DNA from: Macrostomum lignano
Lineage: Eukaryota
DNA: 64,000 nucleotides
Assembly: GCA_002269645.1 (NCBI GenBank)
Contig: NIVC01000618.1
Location: 310,001 to 374,000, forward strand
Reading direction: 5' to 3'
Positions 41,511 through 64,000 of the stretch are shown in pieces. The number at the start of each line of letters is the position of its first letter. Within the stretch, counting starts at the first letter, position 1. The position numbers and the translations under genes were made by a program. Below the pieces are notes generated by a model. That model was given only the letters and a program-made list of their open reading frames with translations, had not been told where the DNA came from and made no database searches.

Positions 41511-42880
41511 CACTATCAGTGACAGTTAGCAGTGAGCACACACTATTTGAGCATTACTGAATCATTTTAGCAACTAATTTTAGGCAGCAGAACATTCAAG
41601 ACAGTCCAGAGTGTCTGCAGTCACAGCTCAGCGATAATTACCGCCCGTGTCCGCAAAAGATGCGTGGCTCCCGCCGTCACTTGTGAAACGCTAATTATGA
41701 CAGCTCTTATCAGTGTGTGAAGTCATAAATTACCTGGCCAAACCTGTTGAGCGAATTCCAAAAACCGTGCCATATCGGTCTTACGGAGGGAGTTCTGAGC
41801 ACTGGGGTTGGAGACCCGGCAAAGCTGTTTCTAAGAAAGTCTGTGACGCAACTCCAATGCCGCCTGTGAAAGTGAAACTGGACTCCGTTCTCCTTCATCA
41901 GTTGAGCTGAGCCCATTTTGAGTTGGCATCTGGCAGTACATTTTATAGCAGTTGCCATGAGAACTAGAGGGTGCAGCTTCTTGAGTACAGAAAAAATTGG
42001 AAGCTGCTCAGATTGCAGAGTTGGAAATTTTGATAAAGTATAACAAAAGTGACTAAATTGACTGGCTGAGCACTGCAGACTCATGGCTGTATGAATACAC
42101 ACAGATTCTATATGTGTAGCGGGGACCGCTCCTGGCACTGAGATGGGGGCACTGACCTCCCCTTTTGGAATTTGGGATCATTGCTTGACTGCAATGGGAT
42201 ATCCATGCAAGAAAGGTCAATGGGGTCAGTTGGGATCTGCATGGGACCCGATGAAGTTGTGCTCAGAACTAAATGTAGGCCTAGGAGGACGCGTTCAGCA
42301 AGGTCTCGCTAATTCCTCACATCAAACGGCTCAGAGCTGGTCTCCTGTTCCCACAGCTGGTCCCAGGCCTTGGTGTCCTCTGCTGACCCCGCCCTAGCAG
42401 GCTCCCCCGACCCCCTGCTTGCGGACTCTCGCGCCGGTGTCCGCACAGGTGGAGCCACCCCGCTGAGAGGAGGTTCGGGACGGGCAGGCGGCTCAATATG
42501 GGACCGGGCTGATCAATGAGGAGAATTATCCCCTCATTTGGGAGCGGAACAATAGCAGAGCGGAGTCCTAGCCCAGAGGAACTTTCTCACCTAGAGTTGC
42601 AAAGAGGTCCGCCTTGCCTGCCTGCCCGCCCAACCCACTGAGTCTTTGTGCAGCATGGATTTTCCCAAGGAGATTCTGCAAATCTAGCACCCCGCTGTCT
42701 CGCTTTGCTTGTTGGGGACTGTTTGCCAGTGCTCTGCAAATGCGATCATCTAAGCAAGCAATTAACCCATTTACAGTTCGTTGAGCTAAGAATGCACATG
42801 GGTTTGCACAGCCTTGCATGGTTTTGAGACAATCATGTAATTAACGAACACTTTCTTAAAAATACCAAAATCTGCTTTGC
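41511..42880 (+). mobile_element. Dispersed ~1.37-kb repeat of unknown class, copy 1
   Basis: Near-identical reverse complement of 58770-60153. The ORF track gives identical peptides (MPGAVPATH.., MCEVINYL..) on opposite strands. Homology ends sharply at CACTA (41511). No recognisable protein domain. Confidence 0.8.
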
Positions 42881-44269
42881 TTCAGGGGCCGGAGCTGCTC
42901 TCGCGCTACGCTAACCCTGGTTCGCACCCCTGGTTTGTGCAAGGGTGTCCGCAGGCTTTTTAATTTTTGTTTTATTGCATCGTCTGTTTTTTCAAATTTT
43001 TCATTTTCACCATAATAAGACAAATTTCACAAGAACAACAAAACACAAAATAATAACAAAGATTTCATAAATTCCAACATTTTCACTTTCAGAATTGATA
43101 GACGAGCAAGCAGCAGTATAGTAAAGCGAATTAATTAATAATTTCTGCTTTTTCAAAAAAGCAGAAAACAGCTGTCGCAAGAACAATATAAATTTATTTA
43201 AATATATTTCAATATTAATTGACTCGATTAGCAGATTGACAAGAGAAGCTCAAGAAAGTCTCAAAAGAAGGTTGATCAATAGAAAACATTCCACGTGTGG
43301 TCGACGCGCGCATATTCCTACTCACTAGTAGCCATAGCAGTAGTAATAAAAGGCGAAATATTAAACGCAATTTTAGTTCTGCTCTGCAGGTGTGACTAAA
43401 CTTTGAAAAATAACACAATAATGACAACACAAATAAAAACAAATTAGATGAAGTATGCAGATAATGCCACTATAAATATCCAATAATATCACTGCATTTT
43501 ACTGAGAGAAATGGCATAAAACGCTACACATACTACTCATCAGTATTTAATGAATTTATTTAAGCCAAATCTATAATTGTTTGTTCAAATGAAAAAGCTC
43601 TGTTAAATAAGAGAATCAATTGTCTTTATTACTCTTAATAGATGAATAAAAAGTGAGATTATATTCTAATAAAGTTACGAATCAACTAGTCACACATTTT
43701 TTTTTAAATAATCTGAATTATCACGATAATATCGCAGAGTGGAAGCGTATGCAATTCGAAATTAATGAAAATAATGACTGCGCAATCGGAAACTTTTGCC
43801 AATAATTATTATAAGTAACAAATACTTGACAAAATTTTAATACAGGTTTGCAATCAAAAATAAAAATTATGAAAAAATTTATGTGGGCTAGACACAGCTG
43901 TATTACAAGTAGCTGCTTTGCAATATCAAATAGACATACACAGGTATATGACTGCAATACACACTAAGCGTACTAATAAAGAATTAAATTTGTTTAAAAC
44001 TTTTCTATTTTAGATGGAAGGCCGATTTTAACAAATGAGCTATCAGAAATTAGGTTATGGTTGGCAATGGCAAGTTGCTAGAGACATGCTGGGATGGCTA
44101 TGAAGTGTGAAAAGCAATGGATAGTTATTAATGACCTTATCCAGCAATCCCAAGAGTTCGGGACTTAAGAAATCACAAGAAAATCGAATTAATGATCGGT
44201 CAAATTGTTTGAGTGCGACTTTTGGCGGATGGGTTAATTTAGAGGCTGTTTTAGATGATTTACTTTTTT

Positions 44270-44385
44270 ATGAGTACGGGGGCGGATGGATGAGTACAGG
44301 GGGCGGATGGATGAGTACAGGGGGCGGATGGATGAGTACAGGGGGCGGATGGATGAGTACAGGGGGCGGATGGATGAGTACAGAG
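44270..44385. repeat. 21-bp minisatellite (GATGAGTACAGGGGGCGGATG)n
   Basis: 5 units just beyond the CLASP stop codon. Confidence 0.9.
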
Positions 44386-44456
44386 GCAGTATTGGCAGGA
44401 TAGAAAGGGTCAGCTTCAAATTAAAAGATGGGAACGGCAAACCCGAAACAAAACCT

Positions 44457-57139
<12,683 letters not shown>

Positions 57140-58769
57140 CTGGCGACTTCTGAAATGTTAAAATTAAATATCGCAATAGCTATGCATCGTATGTACTAAA
57201 AATGTCTCTCTTTATTAAATTATAATTAAGAGATACTATTCTTTATGGTATAATAACTTTACTATACACTATAATGCAAAGAACCAACATGTAATTTTTT
57301 TCCAAGAAATTATATAAAAAATCTAAAATGCATAAATTCATTACAATCAAAATTTTAGTCCATATAATTTTTAATTTTATAAAATAAAAGGTATGACACA
57401 TTTCATCCACAAAGTGACTCCCCAAGACCAAATTCAGACAATATTTGAATTTTTTAATTGTATAACTAAAGCATATTTTAGCCTCGAGACAATAGTTAAT
57501 ATTTAGTAGAATTTTTACTGACAAAAAGTAAACAATGAAATGAAAGACTTTGTGCTAAATTTGATGAAACAGATAACAGAAATTTCTGGGTATTAATTCA
57601 TAGATAATACTGTAAGTTGCAAAATTATTTTTTAAATTTCAATATTTCAATTTCAATTAGTCTTGTAGAGTTGATAATTGTAGTTTAGTTTTTTAAAGGA
57701 ATATTTATTCGGTGTTTTTGACGCCTAATTTTACTAACTTCGATACTGAGGAACTAAAGCAGATAAAAATAAATCCTAAATACACTTGTATTATGCTAGG
57801 TTGATAAAATAGTTGTTAGAGAGTTAAGAATGAATACGAAATTAAAAGAGAGAAATTATAGAGTAGGCCTTAATTTTTAGATACTCGTTATAGCTGAATA
57901 CAGTATAAAATATTTAAATTAAAAGAAAAAAACACATTATACCATGTATATGGAGTATAATAAATGAATGTTGTTAACGCTGCAAAATGTTGTTTTGATT
58001 TTTTGTAATTTGTTTCTTAGACTCTCAGCGAAAACTTAATGATCGCGAAAACTATATCGTTAAAAGGTGAAAACAAATAATATCCAAACTCTAATTTAAT
58101 AAAAAAACATAATACTCTTTAATTTGAAAACTGCAAGTTAAAGCCTAACATTGGTACACTGTGCATGGTATTGTTTAAATTAGTGCCTGCATTTAAAATA
58201 ACCGGCTCCAGACCGAGGGTTAAAAAGCTAATTAGGGATTTAAGCTCTCAAAACTGGAAGTGATAGCTATTGGATTTTTTTCTAATTATACTTCCATGCA
58301 TGAAAACAAAGCACCGGTGCGCCGAGCTTACTGGCCCATTTTAACGTATAAATGTAACGGAAAAGCTGTTAATCATAACTGGAACTAGCTAAAAATTCAG
58401 TTAACCTTAATTCTATAACGCGATGTTTTTGGATGTTCGAAACACCGGTTATCTTTTGCCTTCAGATAAAGGCAAGACAAATGACAAGACCAGAGTAGAT
58501 GCTTTTGTGCCTCTTGAGTAGCAGTGCCTCTTGGGCTACAAGATATCGAGTATATTTATAGTACAGTGCAGGAGGGGCTGTTGCCACGGCGGCAGAGCGG
58601 TCATGTAGGGAGAGAGAATTGCTGGGCTGGGCCGATGCAAAATGCCACACGTGCACACCGCCACTGTGTAGCTACAGTGGGGGGGCATAAAAAAACTACA
58701 CCTTCGAATATGGAGAATCTTTGGCAATTCAGGTAACATACGAGTTCTAAAAGAAGGTTATAAAATGAA

Positions 58770-60153
58770 GCAAGGGATTGGGGTATTTAAGAAAGTGTTC
58801 GTTAATTACATGATTGTCTCAAAACCATGCGAGGCTGTGCAAACCCATGTGCCGCACTGCATGGGTCAGCATTCTTAGCTCAACGAACTGTAAATGGGTT
58901 AATTGCTTGCTTAGATGATCGCATTTGCAGAGCACTGGCAAACAGTCCCCAACAAGCAAAGCGAGACAGCGGGGTGCTAGATTTGCAGAATCTCCTTGGG
59001 AAAATCCATGCTGCACAAAGACTCAGTGGGTTGGGCGGGCAGGCAGGCAAGGCGGACCTCTTTGCAACTCTAGGTGAGAAAGTTCCTCTGGGCTAGGACT
59101 CCGCTCTGCTATTGTTCCGCTCCCAAATGAGGGGATAATTCTCCTCATTGATCAGCCCGGTCCCATATTGAGCCGCCTAGCCCGTCCCGAACCTTCTCTC
59201 AGCGGGGTGGCTCCACCTGTGCGGACACCGGCGCGAGAGTCCGCAAGCAGGGGGTCGGGGGAGCCTGCTAGGGCGGGGTCAGCAGAGGACACCAAGGCCT
59301 GGGACCAGCTGTGGGAACAGGAGACCAGCTCTGAGCCGTTTGATGTGAGGAATTAGCGAGACCTTGCTGAACGCGTCCTCCTAGGCCTACATTTAGTTCT
59401 GAGCACAACTTCATCGGTCCCATGCAGATCCCAACTGACCCCATTGACCTTTCTTGCATGGATATCCCATTGCAGTCAAGCAATGATCCCAAATTCCAAA
59501 AGGGGAGGTCAGTGCCCCCATCTCAGTGCCAGGAGCGGTCCCCGCTACACATATAGAATCTGTGTGTATTCATACAGCCATGAGTCTGCAGTGCTCAGCC
59601 AGTCAATTTAGTCACTTTTGTTATACTTTATCAAAATTTCCAACTCTGCAATCTGAGCAGCTTCCAATTTTTTCTGTACTCAAGAAGCTGCACCCTCTAG
59701 TTCTCATGGCAACTGCTATAAAATGTACTGCCAGATGCCAACTCAAAATGGGCTCAGCTCAACTGATGAAGGAGAACGGAGTCCAGTTTCACTTTCACAG
59801 GCGGCATTGGAGTTGCGTCACAGACTTTCTTAGAAACAGCTTTGCCGGGTCTCCAACCCCAGTGCTCAGAACTCCCTCCGTAAGACCGATATGGCACGGT
59901 TTTTGGAATTCGCTCAACAGGTTTGGCCAGGTAATTTATGACTTCACACACTGATAAGAGCTGTCATAATTAGCGTTTCACAAGTGACGGCGGGAGCCAC
60001 GCATCTTTTGCGGACACGGGCGGTAATTATCGCTGAGCTGTGACTGGAGACACTCTGGACTGTCTTGAATGTTCTGCTGCCTAAAATTAGTTGCTAAAAT
60101 GATTCAATAATGCTCAAATAGTGTGTGCTCACTGCAAACTGTCACTGGTAGTG
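58770..60153 (-). mobile_element. Dispersed ~1.37-kb repeat of unknown class, copy 2 (inverted relative to copy 1)
   Basis: Reverse complement of 41511-42880 with a few substitutions and small indels. Ends in TAGTG at 60153. Confidence 0.8.
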
Positions 60154-61554
60154 TGCTGTTCCAGCAATTGCTAAGAAGATACACTATTTTGAGGCCTCTA
60201 CAAGTACGAACTACAAGTACTCGTTATTATTCATTTCCCCGAATTCAAAAACAACTATTATTCTTTGTTTAGTGCTCAAATGAAAATTCTCAATCCCCCC
60301 GGCGGTCTCAGCTCACAATGTCTGGGAGGAGGCGGCAGTGTGGGATAGGTTATTTTTTCAGCTCGGTTAGGCATTAGTGACAAACAAGCTCAAGAAGGTG
60401 GCTGGCAGTGACGCGTTTTTAATTAGATTAGTGCAAGACTGGGAACGAGTTCGGTTGACCCTGGGGGCAAGGGAGGGAGCATTGAACTGTTTAGCAGCGG
60501 CTTTCAACGAGTCAATCGCTGGCCTGTGGTTGGTGTTCTTGACCTGCTTCATTCTTCTGCTATATTATAGCAGCGCTCGAATGTCTCTCACTTCATCTAC
60601 CGAGGATTTTCTACCTGTCTGTTACCCTACTGATTTGTCCGTTGCTATCGTTTTATACCTCCCTCTCTATCTCCCTCTCTGTCTCCCTCGCTGTCTCCCT
60701 CTCCATCTACCTCTCTATGTCCTTCTCTACCCCCTCTGTCTCCTTTTTGTCTCTCGCTCTATCTTTCTAATTTCTTTCTTATATTTCTTATCTCCATCTC
60801 TTTCGACCTCTCTAAATTCCACTATCTTTCGCAATGGCCCCTATTATCTCTATATGCCTTTATGCTTGCCTAGCTCCCCGTCTCCTTCTTCTACCTGCCT
60901 CTCAGTCTCCCTGCAAACTGCAGCTGCCGCCTCCCCAGTCAGGGAAGCATGTCATTCAAATTCCTTCTTCTAGCAGAGACCTTCAACACAGAAAAAATAA
61001 TATGCTATAATTTTTGCATGAAACGCACGTGGCTGGCTCTGAAAAGTCTAGATTAAGTTTTACAACTTGGTCTACAAATATTTCATGAGATGCCAGGTGT
61101 CCAGTCTCGCCGTGAACCCTGTTCCACTATATTTTTCGCTATTCCAATCTCACTGGGCATGACTCACTTGCCAACTCAACACTCCCGCGCCTCATTATTG
61201 CATTAAACCACTCCGAAAGCATTAACTGTCACCCAGAATCCACAGTTGCTCATCTGGCAACATCTTGATCGGCAAGTCAGGTTGATGATCAAGAGGCTTG
61301 TTAGATAGACAACTCTGGGTTTTCAGTCACCTGTTATCGACAGATTGACTGGTTTGATGTTTTGAAATATGGTTGCAAATGTTACATTAATTTGTTTAAC
61401 TCGAAACTGTTGTAGAAATTTTATAATCTTAAAGAAGAAACTCCTCAACCACGGCCTTGTGTGCCCTCCCCCCATTCAACCGCACTGTGTTCTGCCTATC
61501 GCTGTGTAAATCTGTCAGCCTATATCTAGTCTCTGTATGAGTATAGTATGTCTA

Positions 61555-61890
61555 TTCCAGCCTGTCTATCCCAGCCTGTCTATCCCAGCCTGTCTATCCC
61601 AGCCTGTCTATCCCAGCCTGTCTATCCCAGCCTGTCTATCCCAGCCTGTCTATCCCAGCCTGTCTATCCCAGCCTGTCTATCCCAGCTTGTCTATCCCAG
61701 TCTGTCTGTCCCAACCTGTCTATCCCAGCCTGTCTATCCCAGCCTGTCTATCCCAGCCTGTCTATCCCATCCTGTCTATCCCAGCCTGTCTATCCCAGCC
61801 TGTCTATCCCAGCCTGTCTATCCCAGCCTGTCTATCCCAGCCTGTCCATCCCAGCCTGTCTATCCCAGCCTGTCTATCCCAGCCTGTCTC
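61555..61890. repeat. 14-bp minisatellite (CCCAGCCTGTCTAT)n
   Basis: About 23 units. Confidence 0.95.
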
Positions 61891-62534
61891 TGTCTGTCTA
61901 TCTCTATCTCAGTCTCTCTATCTCTATCTCTATCTCAGTCTCTCTATCTTAATCTCAATCTCTGTCCTTTTATCCGTCATTCTGCCTTTCAACCCATATT
62001 TTCAAAGTTTCATTAACCCCGGATACTGGGGAGGTTCGAACCAATGGTTGCGCAATTAACATCTCCCTTCAAAACTGGAGAAACAGGGAAAACTGAACCG
62101 AAGCTTTGGATAACCATCGCATGCCAAGCAATGCAGTTCCACAAGCTTGGAAATTAATTTCATAGCGCCTCACCGCTTCTAGAAGACAAACTTTTCAATG
62201 AGGACAAAAAATCTCTTTTGAAGCGGAAAGCCCAAGAACGTACACAAACAATAAACTTCCATTGTGTACTGCTCATGATATTACTGTGTTCCAGACTCTC
62301 TCGACTCAAAGAAGCGTGACCCGCCATAGCAGTGCCTATCCAATCTTCAACTTGTTGGAGTTTTGTTCCTCCCCTGCGGCGGTGAGAGCCTCAAGGCAAG
62401 CAATTTCTGAAATTGAAAGAAATTTGACAGATCTAGACAGAAAGAAGGGATCTGTCCGTGAGGGCTAGCACTGACTTCGAAGCCTTGGAGACAAAATATG
62501 TTTGTAGAGTTTGAATGCTAAAACACTAAAACTT

Positions 62535-63845
62535 TACCATGGGGTCATGGTTCATAGCACTCTACAATTTGGGTCATGGCTCATAGCCACTTTACAATGG
62601 GGTCATGGCTCATAGCCACTTTACAATGGGATCATGGCTCATAGCCACTCTACCATGGGGTCATGGCTCTTAGCCACTCTGCAATGGGGTCATGGCTCAT
62701 AGCCATTTTACAATGGGGTCATGGCTCATAGCCACTTTACAATGGGGTCATGGCTCATAGCCACTTTACAATGGGGTCATGGCTCATAGCCACTTTACAA
62801 TGGGGTCATGGCTCATAGCCACTCTACAATTTGGTCATGGCTCATAAATACTCTACCATGGGGTCATGGCTCTTAGCACTCTGCAATGGGGTCATGGCTC
62901 AAAGCACTCTCCAATGGGGTCATGGCTCATAGCACTCTGCAATGGGGTCATGGCTCATAGCCACTCTATCATGGGGTCATGGCTCATAGCACTCTGCAAT
63001 GGGGTCATGGCTCATAGCCACTCTACAATCATAACCACTCTAATATGGGGTCATGGCTCATAGCCACTCTACCATGGGGTCATGGCTCATAGCACTCTGC
63101 AATGGGGTCATGGCTCATAGCCACTCTACAATTTGGGTCATGGCTCATAGCCACTCTACAATTTGGTCATGGCTCATAAATACTCTACCATGGGGTCATG
63201 GCTCATAGCACTCTGCAATGGGGTCATGGCTCATAGCCACTTTACAATGGGGTCATGGCTCATAGCCACTTTACAATTGGGTCATGGCTCATAGCCACTT
63301 TACAATGGGGTCATGGCTCATAGCCACTCTACAATTTGGGTCATGGCTCATAAATACTCTACCATGGGTTTATGACTCATAGCACTCTGCAATGGGGTCA
63401 TGGCTCATAGCACTCTGCAATGGGGTCATGGCTCATAGCCACTTTACAATTGGGTCATGGCTCATAGCCACTTTACAATGGGGTCATGGCTCATAGCCAC
63501 TCTACAATTTGGGTCATGGCTCATAAATACTCTACCATGGGTTTATGACTCATAGCACTCTGCAATGGGGTCATGGCTCATAGCCACTCTGCAATGGGGT
63601 CATGGCTCATAGCCACTCTATCATGGGGTCATGGCTTATAGCACTCTACAATTTGGGTCATGGCTCATAGCCACTCTATCATGGGGTCATGGCTTATAGC
63701 ACTCTACAATTTGGGTCATGGCTGATAGCCACTCTATCATGGGGTCATGGCTTATAGCACTCTACAATTTGGGTCATGGCTCATAGCCACTCTATCATGG
63801 GGTCATGGCTTATAGCACTCTACAATGGGGTCATGGCTCATAGTG
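62535..63845. repeat. ~28-29-bp minisatellite (ATGGGGTCATGGCTCATAGCCACTCTACA)n
   Basis: About 1.3-kb array with variant units. Confidence 0.95.
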
Positions 63846-64000
63846 AAGCAAGTCATAGCTCATAGCTCATAGTTAGGTCATAGTTCATATTGGTATCATA
63901 ATAGTAGATAATAGTAGATCTTCTAGTTCTAAAAACCCCCCAAAGAATGAGAGATGCTCGCGGAGTTCAGAGCAGAATTGACTGTGAACTTTATACCATT

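Noticed and set aside
41710-42819. ORFs inside the dispersed repeat as transposase or RT
   Set aside because: Short, with no recognisable catalytic motifs in the frames examined.
42884-42932. CAGGGG...CCCCTG mini-element
   Set aside because: Very short inverted match with no TSD.

Overview
This is eukaryotic (animal) genomic DNA, not prokaryotic. Short GC-rich exons with GT-AG introns sit in a sea of microsatellites and minisatellites. That style resembles the flatworm Macrostomum lignano, but this is an inference and the species cannot be proven from the window. Five spliced genes were reconstructed by hand, with exon phases checked. They are a polycystin (PKD1-like) channel gene (-, 2968-7721, probably extending to ~11462), a PSD/EFA6 Sec7-PH ARF6 GEF (-), RNPS1 (+), an ovo zinc-finger gene (-) and CLASP (-, 13 exons). 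Mobile DNA includes a Mutator-like element with TIRs and an 8-bp TSD whose ORF fuses a PHD finger, a 9-aa repeat and only the C-terminal half of the transposase. There is also an internally deleted Tc1/mariner (maT-like) element, a MITE with an 8-bp TSD, two inverted ~1.37-kb repeat copies bracketing CLASP, and a Penelope-type minimal hammerhead ribozyme motif. The most striking unexplained patterns are three. Near-perfect RFX X-box palindromes lie inside coding exons. Almost every intron is filled by its own minisatellite, often starting at a splice site, and one array multiplies the 5' splice site itself. The ovo protein carries an eh1 Groucho-binding motif. Most long ORFs in the supplied track are artefacts of the repeats. 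Repeat boundaries are approximate.
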